Shown here in pieces: positions 11,666 through 23,339 of a stretch of DNA of 64,000 bases (positions are counted from its first letter, which is position 1; every line of letters starts with the position of its first letter). The notes under the pieces are model-generated. The model made no database searches, was not told the origin of the DNA, and worked only from the letters and a program-made list of their open reading frames with translations. The position numbers were made by a program, and so were the translations under genes. Source of the DNA: an uncultured Streptococcus sp. (GTDB lineage Bacteria; Bacillota; Bacilli; Lactobacillales; Streptococcaceae); the NCBI GenBank assembly GCA_963521495.1, contig CAUQVK010000001.1, forward strand, positions 34,221 to 98,220, in the 5' to 3' direction.

Positions 11666-12709
11666 TTAATTTCTCCCTAAAGCTGCTTGTTTTTCATAAA
11701 AGTCCAACCAAATCTGTAAAAGATGTTCTTCTGAATACTCTCTAGAAATCTCCTTGGCTTTTTCCTTCAACTCTTTCAGAGCAACGGGATTTTTTTGATA
11801 TTCTAAAATAGCTTGTTTCATCTCATTTTTATCCGCTGTAGGATGATAATTACCTTCTAGAATCACCTTATAAAGATCCAAATCCCTTAACATGATTGGT
11901 GCATCACAACTTGCTGCCTCTAAAATAGTCATAGGAAATAACTCATTGTAACTAGGCAACAAGAAAAGATCAGCCAAAGCATAAAACTCACGCATGCGCT
12001 CTGGCGCTACAATTCCTGGAAAAAGTAGATTTTTTGGTGGATTTTCCATAATTTTTTTGTAACGTTCATAGCCGTCCGTCATTCCACCAAAAGAAAATCC
12101 TCCCGCCCAGATAAAGGTAATCTCAGGCAATTCCTCTGCCAAGCGAATAAAGTCATCAATCCCTTTACGTTTCTGAACTTGACCAGCACCTACTACGATA
12201 AACTGATTATCACTAAGACCTAGCTCTGTTCGCAGTCTGACTACCTCTTCTTGTGGTAGAGGATGCCATTTTTCCTTGTTGACAAAGTTAGGAATATAGG
12301 TCACTTTTTCACGTGGAATACCAGCTGCCACCAAATCCTCAATAAACATAGGGTTGACCACAACCAAGTGCTCCATCCGGTTGTAAAAAGAAAATACATA
12401 GCGTTTCACAATTCCCTTTAAGAAAAATGGAATTTTCAAACTCCCCTCAAGTGTATCAGGCAAGAAATGCACATAGCCAATTTTCCTTCCTGAGCGTTTC
12501 TTTTGGAATGTTGATAAATAATAGGGGAAATCAATTGTATGAAAGTGAGTCACATCTGCCTCTATTGGAAGATTTTCTGTAACAATCAATTGGTCCTTGG
12601 CATCACGGTGAAGAAGACGAACTAATTCACGGTAAGCACCTGAAACTCCTTGTCCTGCTACTTTCTCACTTGAACTCAACATATTGATGCGTAATTTCTT
12701 TTTTTCCAT
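11666..12709 (-). CDS. cpoA: GT4 glycosyltransferase CpoA (second glycolipid sugar transferase)
   Basis: MEKKKLRINMLSSSEKVAGQGV, PSYNELFPMTILEA; ATG 12709 preferred over the track start 12748. Confidence 0.88.
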   Translation of the reverse strand: MEKKKLRINMLSSSEKVAGQGVSGAYRELVRLLHRDAKDQLIVTENLPIEADVTHFHTIDFPYYLSTFQKKRSGRKIGYVHFLPDTLEGSLKIPFFLKGIVKRYVFSFYNRMEHLVVVNPMFIEDLVAAGIPREKVTYIPNFVNKEKWHPLPQEEVVRLRTELGLSDNQFIVVGAGQVQKRKGIDDFIRLAEELPEITFIWAGGFSFGGMTDGYERYKKIMENPPKNLLFPGIVAPERMREFYALADLFLLPSYNELFPMTILEAASCDAPIMLRDLDLYKVILEGNYHPTADKNEMKQAILEYQKNPVALKELKEKAKEISREYSEEHLLQIWLDFYEKQAALGRN

Positions 12710-12822
12710 AACTACTATTATATCATTTTCTTTATTGAAAATCAGCAAAAGAAATAAGAGACCTGAGGAAAAAGAGGATATTCCTCTATCTTCTCATAGT
12801 CTCCCATAGTTTTCTATTTAAC

Positions 12823-13152
12823 TTACTTTATACCTAGGGCAATACGGGCATAACGGCTCATTTTTTCAACTGTCCAGGCTGGATACCAAACTAACTTGAC
12901 TTCGGTATTGGTAACTTCTGGTACGTCTGTCATGGAATCATATATCTGATCGGTTAAAAGATCCGCTAAAGGACAACCCATAGTCGTCAAAGTCATATCA
13001 ATCTCAGTATGACCTGTATCTCCATCAAAACGTATTTCATAAATCAAACCAAGATTTACAATATCAATCCCTAACTCCGGATCAATTACATCCTCCAAGG
13101 CTGTTAAAATGCGCGTTTTAATATTTTCAATCTGTTCTTCTGTATAAGCCAT
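12823..13152 (-). CDS. DUF59/SufT-like metal-sulfur cluster assembly protein
   Basis: VIDPELGIDIVNLGLIY, MTLTTMGCP, PAWT; start probably MAYTEEQ (track ORF extends to 13164). Confidence 0.88.
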   Translation of the reverse strand: MAYTEEQIENIKTRILTALEDVIDPELGIDIVNLGLIYEIRFDGDTGHTEIDMTLTTMGCPLADLLTDQIYDSMTDVPEVTNTEVKLVWYPAWTVEKMSRYARIALGIK

Positions 13153-13166
13153 CTTCATCCTCACTC

Positions 13167-14276
13167 TTAATCTTCAATAAAATCACGAAGGGGTTTACTT
13201 CTACTTGGTTGACGGAGTTTTCTCAATGCCTTAGCTTCAATCTGACGAATACGCTCACGAGTGACGTTAAAGACTTTACCAACATCTTCAAGAGTACGCA
13301 TTTTACCATCGTCTAGTCCAAAACGAAGACGAAGAACATTTTCTTCTCTGTCTGTCAAGGTATCTAAGACTTCATCCAACTGCTCGCGCAAGACGATACG
13401 AGTTGTATAGTCAACTGGATTTTCAATAACTTCATCTTCAATAAAGTCACCAAGATGGCTATCATCTTCTTCACCAATCGGTGTTTCAAGAGATACTGGT
13501 TCTTGAGCAATCTTCAAGATTTCACGAACCTTATCAGGTGTCATATCCATGCGCTCAGCTATTTGTTCAGGAGTTGGATCTTGTCCTAATTCTTGAAGCA
13601 GATTTCGTTGCTCACGGACCAATTTATTGATGGTCTCCACCATGTGAACAGGGATACGAATGGTGCGGGCTTGGTCAGCAATAGCACGAGTAATGGCTTG
13701 GCGAATCCACCAAGTCGCGTAAGTTGAAAACTTGAATCCTTTAGAATAATCAAACTTATCAACTGCCTTCATCAAGCCCATATTGCCTTCTTGAATCAAG
13801 TCAAGGAACTGCATACCACGTCCGACATAACGCTTAGCAATGGAAACAACCAAACGGAGGTTGGCTTCAGCTAGTCGTTGCTTGGCTTCAATATCTCCAG
13901 CTTCAACGGCGAGTGCTAATTCTTTTTCTTCTTCATTGGTCAAGAGAGGTACGACGCCAATTTCTTTCAAATACATACGAACAGGGTCATTCACTTTTGC
14001 AGAGGTTGACCCAATCAAGTCCTCATCACTAAGCTCTGGCTCTTCTTCTGTACTTAGAACACGAACACTTGGGTTCCCTTCATTATCCGTAATTGAAATC
14101 CCTGCATCCTGAATGCGTTGTAATAGGTCTTCAATTCCATCAGCATCCAGTGTGAAAGGGGTAACCAAACTAGAATTGATTTCGTCATCAGTTGCAGTTC
14201 CAGTTTGTTTGTGATTACGGATAAATTCTGCTACTTGAACATCAAATGTAGTTACTTCTTTTTGTTGTTTTGCCAT
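13167..14276 (-). CDS. rpoD: Primary sigma factor
   Basis: [44 protein letters not shown]. Confidence 0.99.
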   Translation of the reverse strand: MAKQQKEVTTFDVQVAEFIRNHKQTGTATDDEINSSLVTPFTLDADGIEDLLQRIQDAGISITDNEGNPSVRVLSTEEEPELSDEDLIGSTSAKVNDPVRMYLKEIGVVPLLTNEEEKELALAVEAGDIEAKQRLAEANLRLVVSIAKRYVGRGMQFLDLIQEGNMGLMKAVDKFDYSKGFKFSTYATWWIRQAITRAIADQARTIRIPVHMVETINKLVREQRNLLQELGQDPTPEQIAERMDMTPDKVREILKIAQEPVSLETPIGEEDDSHLGDFIEDEVIENPVDYTTRIVLREQLDEVLDTLTDREENVLRLRFGLDDGKMRTLEDVGKVFNVTRERIRQIEAKALRKLRQPSRSKPLRDFIED

Positions 14277-14278
14277 TA

Positions 14279-16039
14279 TTACTCCATTCTTCTTTTTTGG
14301 GAAATTAATCGTTCTAATTCTTCAAGGGCTGTTTCGGTATCACCTACGTGACTAGCTTCCTGTACCTTCTTTTTAATTCTTATATTGTCTCTATTCATAA
14401 GAGCCTTATTTCGACTTGCTTCTACTTCACTTAATTCCTGTGGGGAAATTTCGTCGGGTAAATCCAAGGCTAAAACCTGATACCATGCTCTTTCTACTTC
14501 CTCCGTTTGATCTGCTAAGACTTCTGGAGGAAGATTGCCGTATTGGTCAAGCAATCCATATAGTATCTGAAACTCAGGAGTTTCAAATGTAAAATCATCT
14601 CGTAAACGATAATCATTCAAAACAAGAGAAGATTGCGACATTCGATAAAGTAGATGAGCTTCTGCTTTCATTAGTGCAGAAACTTGTTTGGTAATAGGAA
14701 TAGTAATTTTAGTCGGGATAGATTGCCCTTCTATACGATTTTGTCTTTGAATGAGACGATTCTCATTAACAATCTGCTCAATCTGGGCATAATCAAAGGA
14801 CGTCAGACTATCTGCCAAAATATGAATATAACTATTTTGTGCTGTAATAGACTTTTCTCTAGCAATCATAGGTGCTATTTTTTCTATAAACTCAATCTGG
14901 GCCTGTAGATTTTCACTATTTTCAGGTTTGTAATGGTGAATATAAAATTCAATCGGACTAATACGAGTTTTGGTCAATAGATAGGTCAATTCCTCTACAC
15001 TGTGTTTTTGCAAGTACTCATCAGGATCAAGGTTATCAGGCATAGTGACAATCTGTACAGGCATATCGCCAATTTCATCCAGTGCTTTAACAGTAGCAGC
15101 TTGGCCTGCCTTATCGCCATCGTAAACAAGAACCAACTTCTTGGTTAACCTTTTCAGATGCTCAACATGCTCACGACTCAAGGCCGTTCCCATGGACGCC
15201 ACAGCATTTTCGATTCCAGCCCGATAGGCTGCAATGACATCCATGAATCCTTCCATCAGGTAAATCTCACTGGCTTTTCCAGAAGATTTTTTAGCCCTAT
15301 CCATATGATATAATTCGTAACTTTTGTTAAAAATTGCAGTCGATCGGCTATTTTTATACTTAGAAGTTTGTGAATCCGTTTTCTGCCAGATACGACCTGA
15401 GAAGGCAATAACCTTTCCCTGGTCATTTGTCAGGGGAAACATAATGCGATTGTGAAAGGTGTCTACAAATTGATTGGCATCCGAGAGGTAAAACAGTCCT
15501 GAATCCAAGAAATCCTCTTCACGATACCGACCGGACAAACGTTGATAGAGATAGTTGCGTTCTGGAGGTGCCAAACCAATCCGAAAATGCTTGAGCACTT
15601 CATCTGTCAAACCACGCTGATAAAGGTAATTTCTCGCCTCTTCTCCCATAGTCGTTGTCATGAGAATAGCGTGATAAAATTTGGCTGCATCTTCGTGCAT
15701 ATCATAAAGAGCTTGGTGAGGCGAGACTGGCTTCTGCTCACTATAAAGCGTTTTTTCCACCTCTATCCCAACACGCTGGCCTAAGATTTGGACAGCCTCC
15801 ATAAAAGGAACCCCTTGGTACTCTTCTATAAACTTAAAAACATCTCCTGAACGGCCACAGCCGAAACAGTGATAAAACTGCTTGTCTTCTACAACGTTGA
15901 AAGAAGGTGTTTTTTCACCATGAAAAGGACAGAGCCCTAGATAGTTCCGTCCTGCCTTTTGTAAAGAAATCACATCTCCTATGACTTCCACAATGTTGGC
16001 ATTGTTTTTGATTTCTTCAATGACTAATTTGTCAACCAT
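14279..16039 (-). CDS. dnaG: DNA primase
   Basis: CPFH...CFGC zinc finger, [27 protein letters not shown] 16039 follows a GGAGG RBS. Confidence 0.98.
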   Translation of the reverse strand: MVDKLVIEEIKNNANIVEVIGDVISLQKAGRNYLGLCPFHGEKTPSFNVVEDKQFYHCFGCGRSGDVFKFIEEYQGVPFMEAVQILGQRVGIEVEKTLYSEQKPVSPHQALYDMHEDAAKFYHAILMTTTMGEEARNYLYQRGLTDEVLKHFRIGLAPPERNYLYQRLSGRYREEDFLDSGLFYLSDANQFVDTFHNRIMFPLTNDQGKVIAFSGRIWQKTDSQTSKYKNSRSTAIFNKSYELYHMDRAKKSSGKASEIYLMEGFMDVIAAYRAGIENAVASMGTALSREHVEHLKRLTKKLVLVYDGDKAGQAATVKALDEIGDMPVQIVTMPDNLDPDEYLQKHSVEELTYLLTKTRISPIEFYIHHYKPENSENLQAQIEFIEKIAPMIAREKSITAQNSYIHILADSLTSFDYAQIEQIVNENRLIQRQNRIEGQSIPTKITIPITKQVSALMKAEAHLLYRMSQSSLVLNDYRLRDDFTFETPEFQILYGLLDQYGNLPPEVLADQTEEVERAWYQVLALDLPDEISPQELSEVEASRNKALMNRDNIRIKKKVQEASHVGDTETALEELERLISQKRRME

Positions 16040-16127
16040 ACACAATACCTCCATGTTATCATAGTCTACTTAAATAGTATACTTTATTTCAGAAAAAAAG
16101 TAAACCATTTCACTCATTTTCCTTTGC

Positions 16128-16886
16128 TTATTCAAAGAGTTGATAATAATCAGAGATTTTCATTTTTGATTTGTCTTCTTTATTTAAATCTTGAATAATT
16201 CTACCTTCTTTCATCACAATCAAACGATTGCCATATTTAAGTGCATCTTCCATATGATGTGTTATCATTAAGGCTGTTAACTTGTCCTTACTAACAAATT
16301 CATCAGTCAATTCCATCAAGGAAACACTGGTCTTGGGATCAAGAGCCGCAGTATGTTCATCTAATAAAAGAAGCTCCGGCCGCTTCAAAGTAGCCATCAA
16401 AAGACTTAAGGCTTGTCTTTGACCACCAGATAAGAATTCAATGGGTGTATCCAAATGTTTCTCCAAGCCATTTCCTACTTTTTCAATGGTAGACTGAAAT
16501 TCGTCCTTATAGATACTCAAGCGTCTTGGGAAAAATCCTCGTTTTTCACCCCTGAATTTTGCAATCAATAGATTTTCAGCGACCGTCATACGAGGAGCGG
16601 TTCCCATTTTAGGATCTTGAAAGACACGTGAAAGATATTTGGCACGCTTTTCTGGTGAAAATTTTGTAACATCTTCTCCTAAAATACGAATACTTCCACT
16701 CGTTAAAGATAAGGTTCCTGCTATAATATTAAACAAAGTAGATTTTCCGGCACCATTTCCACCTAAAATTGTAATGAAATCATGTTCAAATATATCTAGC
16801 GAAACATCATTTAAAATAATCTTTTCTTCATCAAAGCCATTTTTTACGACTTTTGATGCATTTTTTAATTCTACAACTGCTGTCAT
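16128..16886 (-). CDS. ABC transporter ATP-binding protein (Trp/aromatic amino acid uptake)
   Basis: GGNGAGKST, LSGGQRQ, LLLLDE. Confidence 0.93.
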   Translation of the reverse strand: MTAVVELKNASKVVKNGFDEEKIILNDVSLDIFEHDFITILGGNGAGKSTLFNIIAGTLSLTSGSIRILGEDVTKFSPEKRAKYLSRVFQDPKMGTAPRMTVAENLLIAKFRGEKRGFFPRRLSIYKDEFQSTIEKVGNGLEKHLDTPIEFLSGGQRQALSLLMATLKRPELLLLDEHTAALDPKTSVSLMELTDEFVSKDKLTALMITHHMEDALKYGNRLIVMKEGRIIQDLNKEDKSKMKISDYYQLFE

Positions 16887-17749
16887 TTACTCAACTTGGC
16901 TCCTTTCAAGATAGCTTGCTTAAAGGTTGGAATCATGAGACAGACCGCTAAAATAAGGGCACTATAGAGACGGAGATAACTAGTGTTAAATCCAAGTGCA
17001 ATAACTCCCCAGACTAAAAATTGATAGGCAATAGAACCCACTATAATAGCTACCAAACGCTCTGCTAAGGTCAAACTCTTAAAAAGAACTTCTCCTATAA
17101 TCAAGCTTGCCAATCCAACGACAATTACACCAATTCCTCGAGATACATCTGCGTATCCTTCTTGTTGGGCAATTAATGCGCCCGCAAGAGCAATGATACC
17201 ATTTGACAAGACTAACCCCATGAGTTCCATGCGCCCTGTATGAATACCGAAGCTTCTTGCCATATCAGGATTATCACCAGTAGCAATATAAGCTTGACCT
17301 AGCTTAGTATCTAAAAAGAAGAGCATGAGAGCAATAACGATACTAACAAAAATAAGTCCTGTAAGCAATTGATTAACATCAGAGTCAAACGGTAACACAT
17401 CTTGTATTTGTTTGGTCCCAAGTAGTCCCAAGTTTGCTCTTCCCATAATTAAAAGCATGATTGAATGACAAGATGTCATGACTAAAATCCCTGATAACAA
17501 AGTTGGAATCTTCCCCTTCGTATAAAGAAGACCAGCTGCCATACCAGCCAAACAACCAGCTCCAACTGCTAGGAGAGTTGCTAAAAAAGGATTTACTCCC
17601 TTTGTAATTAAGGTTACTGCTACCGCCCCACCAAGAGGGAAAGAACCTTCTGTTGTCATATCTGGAAAATTTAAAATTCTAAATGTCATAAAGATTCCCA
17701 AGCCTAAAATGGCCCAAACAAACCCTTGAGAAATAATGGATACAATCAT
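16883..17749 (-). CDS. ABC transporter permease
   Basis: Highly hydrophobic, PDMTTEGSFPLGG, ATGDN motif; 4-bp overlap with the ATPase gene. Confidence 0.92.
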   Translation of the reverse strand: MIVSIISQGFVWAILGLGIFMTFRILNFPDMTTEGSFPLGGAVAVTLITKGVNPFLATLLAVGAGCLAGMAAGLLYTKGKIPTLLSGILVMTSCHSIMLLIMGRANLGLLGTKQIQDVLPFDSDVNQLLTGLIFVSIVIALMLFFLDTKLGQAYIATGDNPDMARSFGIHTGRMELMGLVLSNGIIALAGALIAQQEGYADVSRGIGVIVVGLASLIIGEVLFKSLTLAERLVAIIVGSIAYQFLVWGVIALGFNTSYLRLYSALILAVCLMIPTFKQAILKGAKLSK

Positions 17750-17809
17750 AATATTTCACTCATTTCTTTTTAAAAATGGGAGGAGATGTCCCCAGCTCCT
17801 CCTTTTATC

Positions 17810-18805
17810 TTATTCGATCACTTGTCCTGCTTCTTTTAAGACAGATTCTGGAATAGTGATACCAAGTTCTTTGGCTAATTTTTTGTTAATAACAGACTTA
17901 CCAGTTGAAAAGACATTCACTGGTGTATTAGCTGGTTTTGTCCCTTTCAATACTTGAGCAATCATTTTACCTGTAGCTACTCCAAGGTCATGCTGATCAA
18001 CAACCACTGATGCCAAACCACCAGCTTCTACCATGGCTGTTGCACTTGGGTAGATTGGTTTTTTAGCTGTTTGGTTGCTTGATACAACTGTTGGGAAGGC
18101 TGATGCAATAGTATTGTCAATTGGAACCCAGATAGCGTCTACCTTGCTGGTCATAACATTAACAGTTGAAGCAATTTCATTTGTTGAAGGAGCTGCAAAT
18201 GTTTCAACCTTGAAACCTGCTTTTTCAGCATATTCTTTAAACTCTTCTACCTGAGTTTTTGAATTATCTTCACTGCTTGAATAAAGAGCTCCGATAGTTT
18301 TTACATTTGGAGTAAGAGCCTTGATCAGTTCAACCTGTTGTTGAGCTGGATTATGATCAGAGACACCTGTAATGTTACCACCGGGTTTTTTTAAATCTTT
18401 AACCAAGTTAGCTCCGATTGGGTCTGTGATGGCTGCCATAATAAGAGGTAAATCTTTTGTCGCATTCGCTAATCCTTGAGCAGCTGGAGTTGCAATACCT
18501 ACTACTATATCATTACCATTTGAAACCAATTGTTTACTCATCGTAGAAACCTTACTCTGATCACCCTCTGAGTTCATAAAGTCAATTTTTAGTTGATTAT
18601 CTTTATAACCTTCTTCAGCAAGTCCATCTTGAATTCCTTTATAAATCAAATCAAGAGACGGATGACTTACAAACTGAAGCACACCAACCTTAGCAATTTT
18701 CTTTTCATTCTTATCTTCTTGTTTGTTTATTGAAGAGTGAATTAAGCTTCCAACTACTAAAACTACCAGAGCAGCAATCATTCCAATCAATCGTTTATTT
18801 TTCAT
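17810..18805 (-). CDS. ABC transporter substrate-binding protein, TrpX-like
   Basis: N-terminal TM anchor, QFVSHPSLD, IATPAAQ, GNITGVSD; preceded by a T-box with a Trp specifier. Confidence 0.88.
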   Translation of the reverse strand: MKNKRLIGMIAALVVLVVGSLIHSSINKQEDKNEKKIAKVGVLQFVSHPSLDLIYKGIQDGLAEEGYKDNQLKIDFMNSEGDQSKVSTMSKQLVSNGNDIVVGIATPAAQGLANATKDLPLIMAAITDPIGANLVKDLKKPGGNITGVSDHNPAQQQVELIKALTPNVKTIGALYSSSEDNSKTQVEEFKEYAEKAGFKVETFAAPSTNEIASTVNVMTSKVDAIWVPIDNTIASAFPTVVSSNQTAKKPIYPSATAMVEAGGLASVVVDQHDLGVATGKMIAQVLKGTKPANTPVNVFSTGKSVINKKLAKELGITIPESVLKEAGQVIE

Positions 18806-18844
18806 TATATTTCTCCTTTTTCAGTCACTTGTATACTAATTTAA

Positions 18845-18880
18845 TTAACTTAACAAGCAACGCCATCGTTTACATTCCAT
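18845..18880 (-). CDS. Candidate 11-aa leader mini-ORF MECKRWRCLLS
   Basis: AGGAGGA RBS at 18886-18892, 5 nt upstream of the ATG; lies between the T-box terminator and the binding-protein gene. Confidence 0.4.
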   Translation of the reverse strand: MECKRWRCLLS

Positions 18881-18892
18881 AATTGTCCTCCT

Positions 18893-19137
18893 AAAATAAA
18901 AAGTCCTCACACAAAAATACTTGTGTGAGGACGTCGATGCGCGGTACCACCTCAATTATAGGGAATATCCCTATCACTCTGTCTCGCAATTACGAGATGC
19001 ACTGTAAGGTGTGCTCACCGAATTCTTATGATTTCAAATTCTATTTAGTATTCAGCCCAATTTTCATCATTTTTGTTTATCTGTTTTCACCAAGCACAGA
19101 CTCTCTAAAAAACTCTTATGATTACTTTCTGAATGCT
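18893..19137 (-). ncRNA. T-box riboswitch leader, predicted Trp specifier
   Basis: T-box motif AATTGAGGTGGTACCGC (18941-18957); terminator GTCCTCACACAA/TTGTGTGAGGAC plus T-run; stem I with AGAGA and GGTGAAA motifs; specifier loop GAAAAT-TGG-G before the CTGAA stem. Confidence 0.9.
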
Positions 19138-19140
19138 AAC

Positions 19141-19168
19141 ATTATATCATTTTTCAATTTCTTGTCAA
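19141..19168 (-). promoter_or_regulatory. SigA promoter of the T-box leader
   Basis: TTGACA-N16-TATAAT with TG extension. Confidence 0.8.
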
Positions 19169-19198
19169 TACTATTTTAAAAAAATTTTAAGAAATCAA

Positions 19199-19226
19199 AA
19201 ACTTCCCCTTTCAAAAGAGGAAGTTT
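19199..19226 (-). terminator. Terminator after ppc
   Basis: aaacttcc/ggaagttt inverted repeat. Confidence 0.6.
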
Positions 19227-19234
19227 ATATACAA

Positions 19235-21931
19235 TCAACCCGAGTTACGAAGTCCTGTCGCAATTCCATTGATAGTTGTATGAATTAATTTTTCTTGATC
19301 GCTAGATAATTCTCCTCGGCGTTGACGTTTAATCAATTCCAACTGGATGTAGTTAAGAATATTAAAGTATGGCATACGATAATCTAGACTGGCTTTTAGA
19401 TATGAGTTTTCAGCTAGTAGCTCATCATGATTTTCAATGGCTAAAATGACTTCTTTCGTCACTTGCCATTCATCTAGTATCGTTTCATATATCGCTTTTA
19501 CTTCTTCATTTTCACATAATTTAGCATATTCAAAAGCAATATTCATATTTGATTTTGATAATACCATATCTACATTAGATAGTAGAGACTGGAAGAATGG
19601 CCAATTTTGATACATATCTCTTAAAATTGTGATATTCTCAGGATTTTTATCGATAAATTCTTTAAAACTAGAACCTACCCCATACCAACCAGGAAACATC
19701 ACGCGACTTTGTGACCAAGAGAAGACCCATGGAATGGCACGTAATCCACCAATTTCTGTAATTGTTTTACGAGCAGCAGGACGAGAACCAATATTAAAAC
19801 TAGAGATGGCCTTGATAGGACTTGACTCGAAGAAATAATCATAAAAATGTTCATTTCCAAAAACTAAATCACGATAGATATCATAACTGCGGTCCACTAC
19901 CTGATCCATAATGGCTTCATAACGATTTGAAGTATTTGTATCACTCTTCCACTGGGTAATCATACGGTTAATGGCTGCAGAGACTAACATCTCAAGATTA
20001 TAGTAGGCAGCGTCCTTGTTACCATATTTATTACCAATTACTTCCCCCTGCTCTGTAAGACGAATCCGGTCCTTGATAGACTTGAGAGGTTGAGATGTAA
20101 TTGCTTCATAAGTTGGACCACCACCACGGCCAACAGTACCACCACGGCCATGGAAGAAGGTCACCTTGACACCAAATTCATCTCCAATAGCTGTTAATTG
20201 TTGTTGGGCTTTATACAGTGTCCAACAAGATGACAAATAACCACCATCCTTGTTACTGTCTGAGTAACCGAGCATAATCTCTTGATAATTGTTTCGAGAA
20301 GCAATCCACTTCTTAGCAAGGGAAAGAGACAGGTATTTTCTCATTGTTTCTTCAGAGTGATCTAAGTCTTCAATGGTTTCAAAAAGTGGAACAATTTGTA
20401 CTCTTGCTCTCTCTTTATCAACTAGACCAACTTCTTTTAGCATGATAGCAAGCTCTAGCATGTCAGATACGCTAGTTGCATGGGAAATGATTGTCTGACG
20501 AATCACATCATCACCTAACTTATCTTTTAAGCTACGAGCTGCTTTAAATATTGCTAACTCTTTCTCTAATAGTTCTGATTTTTCAACATTAGTCGCTGAA
20601 AGGATACGAGGATCTTCTTCCAGTTCTTTTAACAAAACAGCACATTTTTCTTCTTCAGACAACTCACTGTAGTGGGAATGAATGCCAGCTGATTTTAATA
20701 GTTCTGCCACACAAGCTTCATGTACACTTGAATCTTGTCGCATATCAATGGATGCTAGATAGAAACCGAAGATTTCAACCGCTTGAATTAACTCAACAAA
20801 ATCACCAGAAATAAGTGATTCCCCCTTGTTTTCCAAAAGTGAGTCACGAATCGTAATTAAATCTTTATAAAAATCACTTGCAGTTTTATAGCGAGGTCCA
20901 ATTTCTTTTTCTTCAATTAGATAAGTTTTTGTAGCCTGTATTTTTGATTGAATATCAAACAAAGCACGTCTATAGGGCTCTTTTTCTCGATAAATAGAAT
21001 TGTCCTTAGATTGGCGAGCCATTTCTCTTACTTGCTTACTAACGTTGACAATACTAGATGAAAGTGAAAATTCTCGATATAGATGATAGACTTTTTCATC
21101 ATAATAATTCATGATGACTTCGCATTGTGTCATTGCAGATTGCTTTAAAGTTTCCGCTGTTACGAATGGATTACCATCACGGTCACCACCAATCCACATC
21201 CCCATGGTAATAGGTTTTGGATGTTTTAATTCTAGACCGTGTTTTTTAGCTAAGCGCTTGTATTCAGCGGTCAAATGAGGGACAGCCTTCAAGAAAGAAC
21301 TGTTATAATATTCCATCACATTTGTGATTTCATTGGTTACCTTCAATTTTTTCTCACGAATCATATCCGTCTGCATGATGATTTCAATATAGCGACGAAG
21401 ATCATTATGCCATTTTTCTTTATTAATTAATCCTAACTTCACATCTCTATATTTACGTAGTAGAGTATGGATGTGATTCGTCAAATCCAACATACTCTTA
21501 CGTTGTACTTGGGTAGGATGGGCGGTAAGAACAGGTACCACATTCAGGTGTTCCAATATTTCAACAGCATTTTCTTTTTCGGCAACCATTTTAATAGTTG
21601 CTGAGAGTTTGCCAAGATAATCTTGATCAATATTATTTTGGTGATTGATTTCATAAGCCAAATCAACATCTTCTGAAATATTAATCAAGAGAGGTAAAAT
21701 TGAAAAATAACGGGAAATATAAGCCATTTCATTATTTGTCAAACCAGTGACAAATTGATTCAAACCTTGATAATTCTCCTGCATTGACAAATCTTTCAAC
21801 TGCATGATTTTTTCAAAAGTCTCTGGTTCAAGCATATTTTTGGTAATATCTTCTAACATTTCTGTTAAAATCAATACTTCTTCTTGAACAACAACATTAT
21901 TACTATAGTTTTCTAATTTTTGAAGAGACAT
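19235..21931 (-). CDS. ppc: Phosphoenolpyruvate carboxylase
   Basis: [51 protein letters not shown]-terminus. Confidence 0.99.
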   Translation of the reverse strand: MSLQKLENYSNNVVVQEEVLILTEMLEDITKNMLEPETFEKIMQLKDLSMQENYQGLNQFVTGLTNNEMAYISRYFSILPLLINISEDVDLAYEINHQNNIDQDYLGKLSATIKMVAEKENAVEILEHLNVVPVLTAHPTQVQRKSMLDLTNHIHTLLRKYRDVKLGLINKEKWHNDLRRYIEIIMQTDMIREKKLKVTNEITNVMEYYNSSFLKAVPHLTAEYKRLAKKHGLELKHPKPITMGMWIGGDRDGNPFVTAETLKQSAMTQCEVIMNYYDEKVYHLYREFSLSSSIVNVSKQVREMARQSKDNSIYREKEPYRRALFDIQSKIQATKTYLIEEKEIGPRYKTASDFYKDLITIRDSLLENKGESLISGDFVELIQAVEIFGFYLASIDMRQDSSVHEACVAELLKSAGIHSHYSELSEEEKCAVLLKELEEDPRILSATNVEKSELLEKELAIFKAARSLKDKLGDDVIRQTIISHATSVSDMLELAIMLKEVGLVDKERARVQIVPLFETIEDLDHSEETMRKYLSLSLAKKWIASRNNYQEIMLGYSDSNKDGGYLSSCWTLYKAQQQLTAIGDEFGVKVTFFHGRGGTVGRGGGPTYEAITSQPLKSIKDRIRLTEQGEVIGNKYGNKDAAYYNLEMLVSAAINRMITQWKSDTNTSNRYEAIMDQVVDRSYDIYRDLVFGNEHFYDYFFESSPIKAISSFNIGSRPAARKTITEIGGLRAIPWVFSWSQSRVMFPGWYGVGSSFKEFIDKNPENITILRDMYQNWPFFQSLLSNVDMVLSKSNMNIAFEYAKLCENEEVKAIYETILDEWQVTKEVILAIENHDELLAENSYLKASLDYRMPYFNILNYIQLELIKRQRRGELSSDQEKLIHTTINGIATGLRNSG

Positions 21932-21955
21932 AAAGGATCCTTTCTTTACTATGTT

Positions 21956-23185
21956 CTACATATAATTATAGGACTTATTTTCTAATTCTCGATAAATTTT
22001 TGCTCGTTTTTCACTGGCATCAATATTCAAAACAAAAGCAATAGCTACAGATAAAACTAATAGACTGTTACCCCCTTGCGAAAGGAAAGGGAATGTAACT
22101 CCTGTTGATGGAATTATACCAGAAATCCCACCAATATTAACGAATACCTGTACCAACATCATTCCCCCAACACCAAGGGCAACCATGGAATTGAATGGAT
22201 TTTCTGCTTTGATTCCAACAAGTATAATCCGTAAAATAAGGAAAAATACAAGTGCTAAAATTAAACTAGCTCCTACAAATCCTAATTCTTCAATTACAAT
22301 TGAAAATACAAAGTCAGTATGTGCTTCTGGCAAATAACCACGTTTCTCTATCGAATTTCCTAAACCAAGTCCAAACCACCCTCCATTTACCATAGCATAA
22401 TATGAATTTGCAAGCTGGTGGCCAGCATCTGCTAAATCCAAAAAGGGATTAAAGAAAGCACTGAAGCGCTTAGCAACATAACCAAATACTGGAATTCGAG
22501 AAAATTTATCTACACCTATTAAATAAATAAGATATAAAAATATAGTTGAACTACCTACCAACCCCCCCAGAATAGTAAGGAACCATCGATAGGCTATTCC
22601 ACTAACTGTATACATGATTAAAGCAACTAAAACTAAGATAGTAGCATTTCCTAAGTCAGGGAAAATTCCCAAACTACCAATTAAGATAAAAATTACAAAT
22701 CGCCAATCATTAAATGCGCGTGGTATCCATTGATTTTGAGTCAAAACCTGGAAATCATAAATTCGAATATTTTCTTGCTGTTTTGAAAAGTAATTAGCTA
22801 AATACCAAATAATAACAATTTTCAAGTACTCAGATGGCTGGATTGTTAAAGGACCTATGGAAATCCACCCGTAGGCTCCATTGACTCGGATACCGATTAA
22901 ACGGGCTAAAACCAATAGAATCATCTCAATTAAAATAACCAACCTAATTAGACGATCATTTCTAAGGAATCCTAATTTCAATTTGTAGATAACAGCAATT
23001 AATATCAAGCTAAGTACCCAAAAGATACCTTGGTTTCGAACTAATTGCAATGCACTTTTACCTTCTTGTATCAATGTAGCACTAGTCGTTGAATAAACAA
23101 CAATCAAACCCAAAATCGATAACAATAAGTACGGTATCAAGATGGAAAAGTTTAACAGATGCCTTTTGCTAATTTTCATATTCAC
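21956..23185 (-). CDS. ftsW: SEDS peptidoglycan polymerase FtsW
   Basis: IQPSEYLK, FPDLGN, YLPEAHTDFVFSIVIEELG, PFLSQGGNS; adjacent to ppc. Confidence 0.92.
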   Translation of the reverse strand: MNMKISKRHLLNFSILIPYLLLSILGLIVVYSTTSATLIQEGKSALQLVRNQGIFWVLSLILIAVIYKLKLGFLRNDRLIRLVILIEMILLVLARLIGIRVNGAYGWISIGPLTIQPSEYLKIVIIWYLANYFSKQQENIRIYDFQVLTQNQWIPRAFNDWRFVIFILIGSLGIFPDLGNATILVLVALIMYTVSGIAYRWFLTILGGLVGSSTIFLYLIYLIGVDKFSRIPVFGYVAKRFSAFFNPFLDLADAGHQLANSYYAMVNGGWFGLGLGNSIEKRGYLPEAHTDFVFSIVIEELGFVGASLILALVFFLILRIILVGIKAENPFNSMVALGVGGMMLVQVFVNIGGISGIIPSTGVTFPFLSQGGNSLLVLSVAIAFVLNIDASEKRAKIYRELENKSYNYM

Positions 23186-23339
23186 ACTCTAATCAGTTAG
23201 AGACTAATCTGTCTCTAAATTCTGTTTATTTTCTAGTTTTATCTGCTATTATACCATTTTTTCTGAAAGAAAAAAACTCTTATCCACCATATAAGCAATT
23301 TTTGTAACAAGAAAAAGAGTACTAGACTCTTTTGTTTTA

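Noticed and set aside
18925..19179. 84-aa plus-strand ORF
   Set aside because: Antisense to the T-box leader and its promoter; no RBS and no recognisable protein features.
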